Under the pieces are notes generated by a model, which made no database searches, was not told where the DNA came from, and was given only the letters and a program-made list of their open reading frames with translations. DNA of 63,743 nt from Bacteroidales bacterium. Its GTDB lineage: Bacteria; Bacteroidota; Bacteroidia; Bacteroidales; VadinHA17. Location of the stretch: contig JBBRVC010000002.1 of assembly GCA_038247205.1 (NCBI GenBank), positions 1-63,743 on the forward strand, given 5' to 3'. Of the stretch, positions 42,287 to 52,755 are shown in pieces; the stretch's first letter is position 1, and each line of letters begins with the position of its first letter. Position numbers and translations under genes: made by a program.

Positions 42287-43857
42287 ATAAAAATATCCTC
42301 AATCTTCTTTGGTCTGATACTGTCAAGCCATTCAAAGCCTTTAAGCCGTAATTTATCGGAAGGCAGTCCGAGCGGTGGATTAATCAAACCTTCAGGTGTC
42401 TCAAACTGTGTTATATCAGTTATCGCTCCCTCTTTAACATAAATCTGGATCCGGGCGCATGTTCCGGTATTTACACCGACAATATTATCATTATCAACCA
42501 TGTGATATATAGATTCACCATTACCCACCACATCGATTTTATAGAGTTCATTATTTTCAAAATATCCGGTAAGGTTTCTGCCTTTTATCTGATTAAATCG
42601 TAGGGTATCGACCTGACTTGTAACAAATGCTGAATTGTAAAGCTCCATCCTGTCGGTATCTCCGTTCTTAGTAAAGACCGCCATTGAATCGGAGGTAAGT
42701 TGACTTTCCTCAGACCAGATCACCGGTGATTCATAAAATCTTATAACAGAGTCTCTGAACGAATAGGAGAGGGAGTCGCATTTTGCCTGAAAGTTCCGGC
42801 TGAAGATACGGCATCCATAATAGGCTCTCATAAGCCTGTAACCCGTTAGTGACGTATCTGCAATGGTATTTGCCCTTATGGTATCAGCGTGAAGGAACAG
42901 CGAATCATTATCAGAAAATTGTATGAATACAGCTCTGTCGGTGACAGTGAAACGTTCTGGTTGTTTGTAATACCAGGCATAGTTACCTGTCACCATTATC
43001 TTATTATTTGTATCTGCAATACTCACATTTCCAAATGATTGGCCATATCCGGTATTGTTTTCATAGTATAATGAATCGCCCTTGATGATTTGTTGTTTGT
43101 TATCTATAAGAGCATTTTTCCATAAACGAGTAACATCAAGTTTGGTATCGTACCATCCTTTTTCGCAATAAACATAAATACTGTCACCTTTCATTTCTGT
43201 TGGTCCGGTAAAGAATGCGGTTTCAGTTTCAGTATTGTAATCCATTGTGTCTGCAGTCATTATATAATCAGGATTAACTATCTTAACACTATCCTTGAAG
43301 TTGAAAAGGCTTTGATTAACATAATAAACACCAATAAGACTGGTGAGGGTGTTATCCGAATTTATAATTCTACCTCCCGTGTTATAGCGGGCAATTTCAT
43401 TTTTGACATCATACTCAACTGCATCTGTATAAAGATGAGTTTCTTTATCAATAAGTTCTACATTTTTGGTGACAAAAGCTATTTCATTCCGCCTGTCATA
43501 AAAAAGGTGATCTCCATATAAATCGAGAGTATCACCCTGTTCAATATGCACATTACTAAATGCTGTTAACTCGTTGTTATCATTAGCGAGGTGCGCGCTA
43601 TCGCATGTCATTGTAATATCATTGTGTTTCAAAACAACATTTCCAAGAAGCCGGTTTATGTCTTTACCGGTTTGCTTATCCTTTATAATATATGTATCAT
43701 CAGCATTTAACAGTTCTATAGTCCTTCTGCCGGAAGATCTTGGCGATGTCCCCTGAGACTGGATTACCTGAGAAAATGCAAGAAAGATCAGAACATAATA
43801 AACAGGTCTGAAAAATGCTGCTGTGAAAAAGTATCCGGGTATTTTTATTTCAACCAT
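42277..43857 (-). CDS. OstA/LptD-N-terminal-like periplasmic protein
   Basis: Signal/anchor, then repeated beta-jellyroll-like segments (ADS..YD......A.F.GNV). Sits upstream of the SurA-like genes, as is common in Bacteroidota. Confidence 0.55.
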   Translation of the reverse strand: MVEIKIPGYFFTAAFFRPVYYVLIFLAFSQVIQSQGTSPRSSGRRTIELLNADDTYIIKDKQTGKDINRLLGNVVLKHNDITMTCDSAHLANDNNELTAFSNVHIEQGDTLDLYGDHLFYDRRNEIAFVTKNVELIDKETHLYTDAVEYDVKNEIARYNTGGRIINSDNTLTSLIGVYYVNQSLFNFKDSVKIVNPDYIMTADTMDYNTETETAFFTGPTEMKGDSIYVYCEKGWYDTKLDVTRLWKNALIDNKQQIIKGDSLYYENNTGYGQSFGNVSIADTNNKIMVTGNYAWYYKQPERFTVTDRAVFIQFSDNDSLFLHADTIRANTIADTSLTGYRLMRAYYGCRIFSRNFQAKCDSLSYSFRDSVIRFYESPVIWSEESQLTSDSMAVFTKNGDTDRMELYNSAFVTSQVDTLRFNQIKGRNLTGYFENNELYKIDVVGNGESIYHMVDNDNIVGVNTGTCARIQIYVKEGAITDITQFETPEGLINPPLGLPSDKLRLKGFEWLDSIRPKKIEDIFIKN

Positions 43858-45206
43858 TCTTTCTTAAGGAATTCGCAGGATTTGAACTCTTCGCTTATTT
43901 TAATATAGGTTGATTCGAGCTTCTTTTTTATCCAGTTTTCATAAACTTTTGAGCGCTCATTTGATAAGGCTGCATTATAAAGATTCTGATAATCATCTTT
44001 AAGATTTGCCCTGTGCGCCGGAAGTTCTTTATCCAGCTTAACAATCCTGAATACAATATTTCCGTCTTCATCAGTAGTTCTGAATGGCTCAGAGATCTCA
44101 CCAACCTTCATTTCTCTGACTTTAACATACATTTCAGGGTTAAGTTCTTCAAGTGTAAACCAAGTTACTCTATCGGAAGGATTCGTACTGACAAACTTTC
44201 CACCGTTTACCCGGCTGTCTTTATGTGTCGACAGCATTCTGGCGGCTATATCAAACTTAATACTATCACTTCTTATAAGGTCCGCAATGCTATCGAGCCT
44301 GTTCATTGCTCTAGAGGCCTGTTCCGCTAACACCTTTGGTTTAATTAATATGTGTCTTGTGTTAACCATATCACCTTTACGATCAATAAGTTGTATAATG
44401 TGAAAGCCATAACGGGTCTCTACAATTTTTGAAACAGTATTCTTTGTAAGACTAAATGCTGCATCAGCATATTCCTTTTCCAGTTCACCACGGGTAAGAA
44501 ATCCGATTTCTCCTCCTACTTTTGCAGCTTCGGGATCTTCAGAATATAATCTTGACAAAACCTCAAAACTCTTACCGGCAAGGATTTCACTCCTAATATC
44601 GAGAAGCTTCTGTCTGGCAGCAGCTTTGTTTTCTTCATTTGAAGGAGGATCAAGCTGAAGAAGACTTAGTTGTACTTTTGCCGGAACCAGTGGAAGGGAG
44701 TCTTTTGGAATATTGGCATAAAATCTTTTCAGTGCTGCAGGGGTAATAGTAATATTCTCAGCTATGGTTGCCTGTACTTCATTTATTGTCTCCTGTTCAA
44801 GCATTGATTTTCTTATATCGCGGCGAATTTCAATCATGCTTTTTTTAAAGTATTCTTCCAGTGCCTTTTCGCTTCCTGCCTGCCTGATGGCATCATTGAT
44901 CCTCATATTCAGATTTCCTTCAACCACATCTTCTGTAACAATGACACTGTCAATTCGTGCCTGATCGAGAAACAGTTTGGAGACAAGTAGTTGTTCAAGA
45001 ACACTGCATCTGAGTTGATCTGCCGGCTGCTTATTCCCGTTCCTTCTTATCTCTGAGATCATATTCTCAACATCTGAAAGGTAGATGACCTCGTTCCCCA
45101 CTATTGCTGCAACGGATTCAACCAACACCTGTGATTTGGCATAAAAGGTGCCGGACAGCAATAACCCTACCAGTATAACAACGAATTTCAAGTCTCTTTT
45201 CATCAT
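43845..45206 (-). CDS. surA: SurA-like periplasmic peptidyl-prolyl isomerase
   Basis: Signal peptide, SurA N-domain pattern, and parvulin blocks (GGEIGFLTRGEL...YGFHIIQLIDR). Confidence 0.8.
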   Translation of the reverse strand: MMKRDLKFVVILVGLLLSGTFYAKSQVLVESVAAIVGNEVIYLSDVENMISEIRRNGNKQPADQLRCSVLEQLLVSKLFLDQARIDSVIVTEDVVEGNLNMRINDAIRQAGSEKALEEYFKKSMIEIRRDIRKSMLEQETINEVQATIAENITITPAALKRFYANIPKDSLPLVPAKVQLSLLQLDPPSNEENKAAARQKLLDIRSEILAGKSFEVLSRLYSEDPEAAKVGGEIGFLTRGELEKEYADAAFSLTKNTVSKIVETRYGFHIIQLIDRKGDMVNTRHILIKPKVLAEQASRAMNRLDSIADLIRSDSIKFDIAARMLSTHKDSRVNGGKFVSTNPSDRVTWFTLEELNPEMYVKVREMKVGEISEPFRTTDEDGNIVFRIVKLDKELPAHRANLKDDYQNLYNAALSNERSKVYENWIKKKLESTYIKISEEFKSCEFLKKEWLK

Positions 45207-45213
45207 AAATTAA

Positions 45214-46059
45214 TTAATAAATCTTAAAATTATTTTCTTTAAGTGCATCATTATATATACCATTTTCCAGAGTCTGAATAAACTCAAATCTTCGGTTATT
45301 CAGAATAACTCTTTTAATATCTTCTATCATATAATCAAAAGGAGCCAGGTTAGATCTTAATCTGTAATCTCTGATAGAAATAAGGTAGACTGCAGCCGAA
45401 TCATTTGTTTCAAAAAAGGTGTTCTGCCGGAGAAAATTCTCTTCATGCTCAATATCCTGTCTTAATTCAATTGTAAGTCGGTCCAGTGTGACCCATTGCT
45501 CATTAAAGTCATCAAATTTTTCAGCAAACTGAAAACAAAAACTTTCAAGTTGTTGAAGGTCTCTCTGGTCATTTGACCGTATAAGTGTCCTTATTTTATC
45601 AATGACCGGTGTTTCGACCGGCAATTTTATGAACAACGCCTTTACAATATTTGATGTAAGTATAAAGCTTTTCTCATTAGAAATATAATAATTCTCAAGT
45701 TCTTCCTCTGAAACAATCGTGTCCATTTTCTCAAGCATCATCTGCCTTTGATACTGATATATAAGTAGGTTAGACCTCGTTTCTTCAATCTGCAGATCTA
45801 TTTCCTTCTTTAAATCAATGGACAGGTTTTCTTCAGCTTTCTGCAATACAAGCTCCTTTTTTGCCCATTTGTTAATATATGTCTGGATAATTCCAATGCT
45901 ATCATTTCCGCGTGATCCACGCTTCATGAGTGGCGGGATTTCATCATAATACAGTGTCACATTTCCAACTTCAGCAACAGGAACCCGTGTATCCTGATTT
46001 TTATAATTGCATCCTGAAAGCACACAAATGGACAAGAAAATAAAGATTGGTCTATTCAT
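45214..46059 (-). CDS. lipoprotein, SurA-N-like / hypothetical
   Basis: Lipobox FLSICVLSGC. No catalytic motif recognised. Confidence 0.4.
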   Translation of the reverse strand: MNRPIFIFLSICVLSGCNYKNQDTRVPVAEVGNVTLYYDEIPPLMKRGSRGNDSIGIIQTYINKWAKKELVLQKAEENLSIDLKKEIDLQIEETRSNLLIYQYQRQMMLEKMDTIVSEEELENYYISNEKSFILTSNIVKALFIKLPVETPVIDKIRTLIRSNDQRDLQQLESFCFQFAEKFDDFNEQWVTLDRLTIELRQDIEHEENFLRQNTFFETNDSAAVYLISIRDYRLRSNLAPFDYMIEDIKRVILNNRRFEFIQTLENGIYNDALKENNFKIY

Positions 46060-48019
46060 CTGTCAATTTCTTTTTCACATGTGTGAGAACCTGATTGTCA
46101 ATTGAAACGGTATATTTTTGCTTTAATTGTCTTATCCACTCCGTCTCAAGTTCATCCTGATATCCTTTCATCATCTCTTCCTGGACCTGCTCATATGGCA
46201 GAGGAGCCGGTTCAAAAACTTTTTTGACAACAATAACAGGAGGATTATTTTCCGATGTGCTGAACACGGTTCCCTTCACCCATTTTATTTTGTCTATCCG
46301 AGGGTCTTCACCTTCAAACCAGGTTCTATCTTCTATCAGTAGCAGGGTATCACCTTTTTTGCTGAATTTATCCATTAACAATTTGTCAGGATCTGATTTC
46401 CGGGAGAGTTTCTTATATGCTGAAATGAGTTTTTTTTCATTACCTGGTGATTTGAGGGAATATATTCTGGCCTCCACAGCCATGGGTGTAAGGTAGTCTT
46501 TTTTATGCCTTTCATAGTAATTTCGAAGACCAATGGAATCTTCGCTCACTTTATCCCAAACATTTCTTTCTGATATATCAAAGAGAAGTATTCCATCGTG
46601 GAATTCATTCATAAGGTATCTGAAGTCGGGATATTTCTTCTCGAGCATTGAATTTTCATAAGCTGTAATATGGTCAGATACTCGTGTATCAATTGATCTG
46701 TCAATAAAGTACTTTGTACTATCAGTTGCAATCATGGGACCTCTTTTTTCAATAAAAGCAGCAAATTCTCTGATTGTAAATCGCTGATCTGCAAATGTGT
46801 ATAAATTGCCTGCGGGCATTGAATCTCTTTTATACTTTGATAAACCCCGCATTATCAGGGTATCGGTCTGACTAATAAACCAGTTATATGCAGGTGTATT
46901 GATTTTAAACTTATATTCCTTTTTAAGCTTTTCAATAAGGGACTTCTTACTTATCGAATTCAGGTATGACTGGTTTATTTTACTATCCAGGAATGATCTG
47001 GCTTCCTCAAATGTGCCGGGTGCTTTTTTGTCGAGAAGCTTAATAATATGCCAGCCATATAAACTTTTGACAGGTCTGGTAAACTGACCGGTATCCTTTA
47101 TTGAGAATGCAGCTTCTGCAAAGTCAGGAATTACCTCGCCTGATCCAAACCAGTTTAGCTTACCTCCATTTACTCCCGATTCTTTATGATCTGAATACTT
47201 TTTGGCAAGCTCAATGAATGATCCACCCTGAGCAAGTTCGTTATAGATGAGGTTCATTTCAGCTTCCGCCGCTTTTGACTCCTTTTCGCCGTTACCCGGT
47301 TGAACGGCCTTCATTATGTGGGCAACCTGGATTCTTCCTCTCGATTGTCTCCTGTCCGTTACTTTAATAATATGATATCCGTATGGAGTTCTTACAAGTT
47401 CCGAGATTGCTCCCTTTTTAAGATTGTATGCTGCATCTTCAAAGGGCATAATCATTTGAAATACTGAGAAATAACCAATATTTCCTCCGTTTGTCACAAC
47501 TGATTTGTCATCAGAAGAGCCTCTGGCCACCTGTTCGAAAGGTTCACCTCCGGCTACTCTTACCCTGATATCATTTGCTTTGGTCCATGCCCTTAGTGTA
47601 TCTTCGGGTGATGCTTCGGGTAAACAAGCAATCAGAATATGCCAGGCATTTATCTCAGTAAGGTATCTCTGATAAGCTTTCGCAAGAACTTCCTCTTTGG
47701 TTTTGGGATCTGTAAGATAATTCTGAGCCAGTTGATTTCTATATCCGTTTAATTCATTTTTGAATGACCTGGTTGTGTCGAGACCTTGTTTTATGGCATC
47801 TGCAACCTTTAGTTTAAATGAGATGAACTGCTGAAGGTATTCATCTATATTAAGTGTCTTCCCCGGTTCAATGCTTTTTTTGTACATCCTGATGAATTCT
47901 CCGGCTTCAGTATTTCTTCCTTCAATTTTCAGAAGAGTTTTGTCATTCACATCCTGTGCCTGGAGCAACTCCGGCAGAAGAAGAATCATGACAATTGTCT
48001 GAAACGATATGAATTTCAT
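46052..48019 (-). CDS. PpiD/SurA-like peptidyl-prolyl isomerase with two parvulin domains
   Basis: Two parvulin blocks (GGNIGYFSVFQM..YGYHIIKVTDR and GGKLNWFGSGEV..YGWHIIKLLDK). I prefer the Met at 48019 (MKFISFQ signal), which avoids overlap with guaB. Confidence 0.75.
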   Translation of the reverse strand: MKFISFQTIVMILLLPELLQAQDVNDKTLLKIEGRNTEAGEFIRMYKKSIEPGKTLNIDEYLQQFISFKLKVADAIKQGLDTTRSFKNELNGYRNQLAQNYLTDPKTKEEVLAKAYQRYLTEINAWHILIACLPEASPEDTLRAWTKANDIRVRVAGGEPFEQVARGSSDDKSVVTNGGNIGYFSVFQMIMPFEDAAYNLKKGAISELVRTPYGYHIIKVTDRRQSRGRIQVAHIMKAVQPGNGEKESKAAEAEMNLIYNELAQGGSFIELAKKYSDHKESGVNGGKLNWFGSGEVIPDFAEAAFSIKDTGQFTRPVKSLYGWHIIKLLDKKAPGTFEEARSFLDSKINQSYLNSISKKSLIEKLKKEYKFKINTPAYNWFISQTDTLIMRGLSKYKRDSMPAGNLYTFADQRFTIREFAAFIEKRGPMIATDSTKYFIDRSIDTRVSDHITAYENSMLEKKYPDFRYLMNEFHDGILLFDISERNVWDKVSEDSIGLRNYYERHKKDYLTPMAVEARIYSLKSPGNEKKLISAYKKLSRKSDPDKLLMDKFSKKGDTLLLIEDRTWFEGEDPRIDKIKWVKGTVFSTSENNPPVIVVKKVFEPAPLPYEQVQEEMMKGYQDELETEWIRQLKQKYTVSIDNQVLTHVKKKLTDE

Positions 48020-48038
48020 CAGGATTAGCTGATACCGG

Positions 48039-49520
48039 TTATTCAAATGACTTTCTGCTGTAATTTGGAGCTTCTCTGGTAATTGTAACATCATGAGGAT
48101 GACTTTCCAGAATTCCTGAATTGGTAATTCTTACAAATTTACCATCTCTTTTCAGTATCAAAATATTTTTAGCGCCCAGATAACCCATTCCGGCCCTTAA
48201 GCCACCCGTCATCTGGTAAATTACTTCTGAAAGTTTTCCTTTGTATGGGACTCTTGCTGCAATACCCTCAGGAACAAGTTTACTTATGTCATCCTCCATA
48301 TCCTGAAAATACCGGTCCTTAGAACCTTGCTGCATAGCCTCAATAGATCCCATGCCCCTGTAGGCTTTAAATTTGCGACCGTTATAAATAATTGTTTCGC
48401 CTGGCGATTCCTCCACCCCGGCAAATAATGATCCTGCCATTATTGAATCGGCACCTGCAGCAATTGCCTTTATTATATCACCTGAGTATCTGATTCCGCC
48501 ATCGGCAATTACAGGTATACCTGACCCCTCTATAGATTTTGAAACATCATAAATAGCAGATAGCTGAGGAACACCGACACCGGCAACTACTCTTGTGGTA
48601 CATATTGATCCCGGACCAATTCCTACTTTTACGGCATCAGCACCTTCATCAACGAGCCTTCTGGCAGCTTCAGCTGTTCCAATATTACCGGCTATCACGT
48701 CAATTGCAGGGTAATTTCTTTTTATCTCTTTTAAAATATTTATAACATTTATAGAGTGTGCATGAGCTGTATCTATTGAGATGGCATCAACGTTTGCATT
48801 AATCAGAGCTTCAACTCTCTTTAGAGTATCCGCCGCTATACCTACCGCACCTGCGACTCTTAATCTGCCTTTATCGTCCTTGCATGAGTTGGGACGATCT
48901 TTTGTTTTGGTAATATCCTTATAGGTAATTAGTCCGATGAGCTTGCCTGCGTCGTCGATCATCGGAAGCTTTTCAATTTTATGTTTCTGAAGAATCCTCG
49001 CTGCTGCCTCGAGGTTTGTCTGGTGGTTGGTAGTGATGAGATTTGTAGTCATCACTTCGGTAATTTTACGGCTGCGGTTATTTTCAAACCTGAGATCCCT
49101 GTTTGTTACAATTCCTTTCAGGATTCCGTTGGTGTCAATAACAGGTATTCCTCCGATCTTGTACTCACTCATCAGATTCATTGCCTCTCCGACGGTCGCA
49201 TCGAGCAGAATGGTTATCGGGTCGAAAATCATCACATTCTCTGCTCTTTTTACCCTCTTAACCTGGGAAGCCTGCTTTTCAATCGACATATTTTTATGGA
49301 TCACTCCTATGCCTCCCTCTCTGGCAATAGCAATTGCAAGTTCATCCTCAGTAACAGTATCCATGGCAGCTGAGACAACCGGTGTATTGATACGGATGTT
49401 TCTTGTGAACATTGAGCTGAGGTCCACTTCGCGGGGAAGTACCTCAGAATATGAAGGAACAAGAAGAACATCATCAAATGTTAGACCTTCATATAATATT
49501 TTATCATTTAAGAATGACAT
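48039..49520 (-). CDS. guaB: IMP dehydrogenase
   Basis: [10 protein letters not shown], a CBS pair, the catalytic loop [11 protein letters not shown], and GGIRYSGD. Confidence 0.95.
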   Translation of the reverse strand: MSFLNDKILYEGLTFDDVLLVPSYSEVLPREVDLSSMFTRNIRINTPVVSAAMDTVTEDELAIAIAREGGIGVIHKNMSIEKQASQVKRVKRAENVMIFDPITILLDATVGEAMNLMSEYKIGGIPVIDTNGILKGIVTNRDLRFENNRSRKITEVMTTNLITTNHQTNLEAAARILQKHKIEKLPMIDDAGKLIGLITYKDITKTKDRPNSCKDDKGRLRVAGAVGIAADTLKRVEALINANVDAISIDTAHAHSINVINILKEIKRNYPAIDVIAGNIGTAEAARRLVDEGADAVKVGIGPGSICTTRVVAGVGVPQLSAIYDVSKSIEGSGIPVIADGGIRYSGDIIKAIAAGADSIMAGSLFAGVEESPGETIIYNGRKFKAYRGMGSIEAMQQGSKDRYFQDMEDDISKLVPEGIAARVPYKGKLSEVIYQMTGGLRAGMGYLGAKNILILKRDGKFVRITNSGILESHPHDVTITREAPNYSRKSFE

Positions 49521-49756
49521 TGGATGGAGTATTAGTTTGCTGGCGCAAATTACAAAAAAATCAGGACTCTGAAAATATCTCTAATTTTTACCGGAATACA
49601 CGGCTCAAAGGTCCACTGAGTGCACGATTTATCAATATTAATCTGTATTTGCTCAAAATTCTAAATGACCCTTTAGTGTCATTTAGCCATGCCGGAGTAC
49701 ATCATCATAAGAAATTGAAATACAGTTGTTACATTTGTGGAAGGAGTATACCGGAA

Positions 49757-51667
49757 ATGAATATTGAAGAATACAGGTTGATTTTAACCAGGTATTGGGG
49801 TTTTACATCTTTCAAACCTTTGCAGGAGGATATCATAAGATCTGTAGCGGAAGGAAAGGATTCACTTGGTCTGATGCCAACAGGAGGGGGGAAGTCGCTG
49901 ACATTCCAGGTTCCAGCCCTTGCAAAAGAAGGTATATGCCTGGTGATTACTCCCCTGATCGCACTAATGAAAGACCAGGTAAACAGACTCAATAGTTTGG
50001 AAATTAAGGCTATGGCTATTCATTCAGGCATGTCGGCCGAAGAAATAGATATAACTCTTGAAAACTGTATTTATGGTGAAGTTAAATTTTTATATGTATC
50101 CCCTGAGAGAATTGCGACGAGGCTTTTTCAGGCAAGGGCACCAAAACTAAACCTTTCTCTTGTGGCGATCGATGAAGCTCACTGTATTTCGCAATGGGGA
50201 TATGATTTTCGTCCGTCATATCTTAAGATCATCGCTTTGAGGGATATTATTTCTGAAAAAGTGCCTTTTCTTGCACTTACAGCTACGGCGACACCGTTTG
50301 TGATTGAAGATATAATTCAGAAACTGGGCTTCAGGGAAAAAAATATTTTCAGAACCAGTTTTGCCAGAAAAAATATCTCCTACCTCGTACGCAATGTTGA
50401 GGATAAAGGATCATATCTGATTAATACCCTGCAAAAAATTAAAGGCAGTGGCATCATTTATGTAAGAAGCAGGAAACGGTGCAAAGAAGTTGCAGAACTG
50501 CTTGTGGCAAATGGCATTAATTCAGATTATTATCATGCAGGTTTGCCCGAAGAGGTAAAGGACAAAAAGCAAACATCATGGAGCATTGGAGAAACCAGGG
50601 TGATTGTTGCAACAAACGCGTTCGGGATGGGTATTGACAAAGCCGAAGTGCGATTCGTAATACATTGGGATATACCGGAATCGATTGAGAGTTATTTTCA
50701 GGAAAGCGGACGGGCCGGAAGGGATAACAAACCTGCCTTCGCAGTTCTTTTGTATACCCCGACAGACAAAAAACGATTAAATGATTCTCTAAGGCAGAAA
50801 TTTCCGCCAATAGAAAAGATTAAAGATATATATGAAGCATTATGCAATTTTCTTCAGGTACCCCAGGGATCGGGAAAGGACAATGTATTTGACTTTAATA
50901 TGTCTGAATTCGTATCACGGTACCGGCTTCCTGTGATTGAAACTTACAACAGCCTCTTATTTCTTCAGAGAGAAGGCTACCTCGAATTCACTGAAGAAAT
51001 AAATAATCCCTCAAGGGTGCATTTTGTTGTTGGCCGGGACGATCTTTATAAATTTCAGGTAGCCAATGAGCCTTTTGATGGATTTATTAAGCTTCTTCTG
51101 AGATCTTATTCAGGAATGTTCTCAGAGTTTGTACCCGTTAACGAAGATTTACTTGCTAAGAAATCAGCGATTACCAGAGATGCTGTATATCAATATCTTG
51201 TGAAGCTTTCTGCCATGAATGTAATAAAATTTATTCCGGGTAAAAAAACCGCGCTTGTGATATTTACTGAAGAAAGGCTGGTTAGAAAAGCATTATTAAT
51301 CTCCCCTGATAATTATTTAAAAGTTAAGGAGAAGTATATTGTCAGGCTCAACAGAATGATGGATTATGCTGACAGTACAACAAGATGCAGATCTGTCATG
51401 CTTCTGGATTACTTTGGTGAAGAATCGGAGCGGTGCGGGGTATGTGATGTGTGTCGTGAAAGGAATGAACTTGACCTTAGTAAATATGAATTTGATATCA
51501 TTCTTGAAAAAATAAAAAAGATACTGGAGGAAGACGGCATTGATGCCGGACAACTCGTTAAAATGATGGGTCTCCCTGAGGAAAAAGTAATAAAAGTGGT
51601 GCGCGGGCTGCTGGACCGGGATAAAATTATTCAGGACAAAGATCATAAACTGAGCTGGAAGACCTGA
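49757..51667 (+). CDS. recQ: ATP-dependent DNA helicase RecQ
   Basis: FKPLQEDII, Walker A MPTGGGKS, DEAHCISQWGYDFRP, TATAT, and a zinc-binding CRxxxLLxYFGE...CGVCDVC. I prefer the Met at 49757. The 102-aa upstream extension in the track overlaps guaB. Confidence 0.9.
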   Translation: MNIEEYRLILTRYWGFTSFKPLQEDIIRSVAEGKDSLGLMPTGGGKSLTFQVPALAKEGICLVITPLIALMKDQVNRLNSLEIKAMAIHSGMSAEEIDITLENCIYGEVKFLYVSPERIATRLFQARAPKLNLSLVAIDEAHCISQWGYDFRPSYLKIIALRDIISEKVPFLALTATATPFVIEDIIQKLGFREKNIFRTSFARKNISYLVRNVEDKGSYLINTLQKIKGSGIIYVRSRKRCKEVAELLVANGINSDYYHAGLPEEVKDKKQTSWSIGETRVIVATNAFGMGIDKAEVRFVIHWDIPESIESYFQESGRAGRDNKPAFAVLLYTPTDKKRLNDSLRQKFPPIEKIKDIYEALCNFLQVPQGSGKDNVFDFNMSEFVSRYRLPVIETYNSLLFLQREGYLEFTEEINNPSRVHFVVGRDDLYKFQVANEPFDGFIKLLLRSYSGMFSEFVPVNEDLLAKKSAITRDAVYQYLVKLSAMNVIKFIPGKKTALVIFTEERLVRKALLISPDNYLKVKEKYIVRLNRMMDYADSTTRCRSVMLLDYFGEESERCGVCDVCRERNELDLSKYEFDIILEKIKKILEEDGIDAGQLVKMMGLPEEKVIKVVRGLLDRDKIIQDKDHKLSWKT

Positions 51668-51685
51668 CTGTTAATTAATTAACAG
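51668..51685. repeat. perfect 18-nt AT-rich palindrome directly after the recQ stop
   Basis: CTGTTAATT/AATTAACAG. Possibly a weak terminator hairpin or recognition site. Confidence 0.3.
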
Positions 51686-52059
51686 TATTTTCAAAGACAG
51701 TTTATTACTATCTCCTGCGGCTTTCCTCCATCAAGGGAAACGACGGTGGCTTTTACTTTGCCATTGACAACATCACAATTCTCAACAGCATTGTTACTGT
51801 TTACCATGACCGGAAAACTGTTCAAGAAGGAATTGATACAGATTGTAACACTTCAATAGTGGATGTATGGCACAAATTTTCTTAGTGAAAAGGGTTTGTT
51901 GAAATCGAGTTCGTTTAGTAAGTTTACAGTAGAAAAAATCTTTGTGAAAGAGACCCAAGTTAAAATTTGGCTTTTATTAGGGTTGAAAAATATGTAAGAC
52001 TAAGGGTGGGTTATTAGAGCAAAAGCTTAAGGACATAACTATGCATTTATTCTAATTCG

Positions 52060-52668
52060 ATGTCGACACCAGGGTTACAACATGTGAACAGCGAAAAGAG
52101 CCAAACCATATTTATAAAAAATATGGTTTGTTCATCATGTATCCGGGTGGTTAGGGAGGACCTGACCAAACTGGGTATAACTGTACTCGATGTTAAGCTG
52201 GGCGAAGCAACCATTGTTTACAACCGGGATAAGATAAGTAAACAAGATATAGATCAGGTACTGAATAGTTTTGGGATGGCTCTGATTATAAATAAGGATG
52301 AGCTTTTGGTGGAGCAAATCAAACAAACTGTTATTGAACTGGTTCACCACATGAACAATGTGAATTCAATTGCCCGGAAATCGGAATACCTGGTAGAGAA
52401 GATGGGAAAAAGCTACCAGACACTGTCCAAACTCTTCTCACGATTCGAGACCATAACCCTCGAACGTTACATCATTCTCCAGAAAATAGAACGGGTAAAA
52501 GATCTGGCCATGGAAGACAATATTTCATTGAGTGAAATTGCATGGATGATGGATTACAGCAGTCCAAATCATCTATCCAGCCAATTCAAAATCATCACCG
52601 GCGTTTCCCTGTCCGAATTCAAAAAAAATTCCACAATCCATCGTAAGCCAATCAACAATCTTTACTGA
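52060..52668 (+). CDS. AraC-family transcriptional regulator with N-terminal heavy-metal-associated (HMA)-like domain
   Basis: N-terminal IFIKNMVCSSCIRVVREDLTKLGI...GEATIVY resembles the ferredoxin-like HMA fold with an MxCxxC motif. The C-terminus carries an AraC HTH (SLSEIAWMMDYSSPNHLSSQFKIITGVSLSEFKK). Confidence 0.75.
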   Translation: MSTPGLQHVNSEKSQTIFIKNMVCSSCIRVVREDLTKLGITVLDVKLGEATIVYNRDKISKQDIDQVLNSFGMALIINKDELLVEQIKQTVIELVHHMNNVNSIARKSEYLVEKMGKSYQTLSKLFSRFETITLERYIILQKIERVKDLAMEDNISLSEIAWMMDYSSPNHLSSQFKIITGVSLSEFKKNSTIHRKPINNLY

Positions 52669-52675
52669 TTACCGT

Positions 52676-52698
52676 ATTTTGTAAATCATTTACAAAAT
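52676..52698. promoter_or_regulatory. 11-1-11 perfect palindrome (candidate operator or weak terminator) between regulator and operon
   Basis: ATTTTGTAAAT-C-ATTTACAAAAT, 8 nt after the AraC stop. A TAnnTTTG-like Bacteroidota -7 element (TATTTTTG, 52727-52734) lies about 22 nt upstream of the next ATG. Confidence 0.4.
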
Positions 52699-52755
52699 CA
52701 TATAGCACTTCCTTTTCGCTCTATATTATTTTTGTATTCATAAAAACTAATTGAG

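Noticed and set aside
48020-48094. Upstream extension of the PpiD-like ORF (track start 48094), and similar over-long track starts at 39729, 2889, 29937 and 53006.
   Set aside because: In each case an internal ATG gives a proper signal peptide or conserved N-terminus. It also removes either the overlap with the neighbouring gene or, for 39729, the near-abutment with the divergent recG start. The longer versions are artefacts of longest-ORF calling.
49027-49572. Numerous 60-180-aa ORFs antisense to, or out of frame within, large genes (e.g. 49027-49572, 10834-11337, 32812-33246, 26336-26671, 35952-36446, 56374-56868).
   Set aside because: They lie entirely inside well-supported conserved genes, have low-complexity or Ser/Leu/Ile-rich translations with no recognisable motifs, and are typical shadow ORFs.
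49451-49756. The 102-aa N-terminal extension of the RecQ ORF in the track (738 aa).
   Set aside because: The extension overlaps the 5' end of guaB on the opposite strand and has no helicase-like sequence. The conserved RecQ N-terminus (MNIEEYRLILTRYWGF..FKPLQ) starts at the ATG at 49757.
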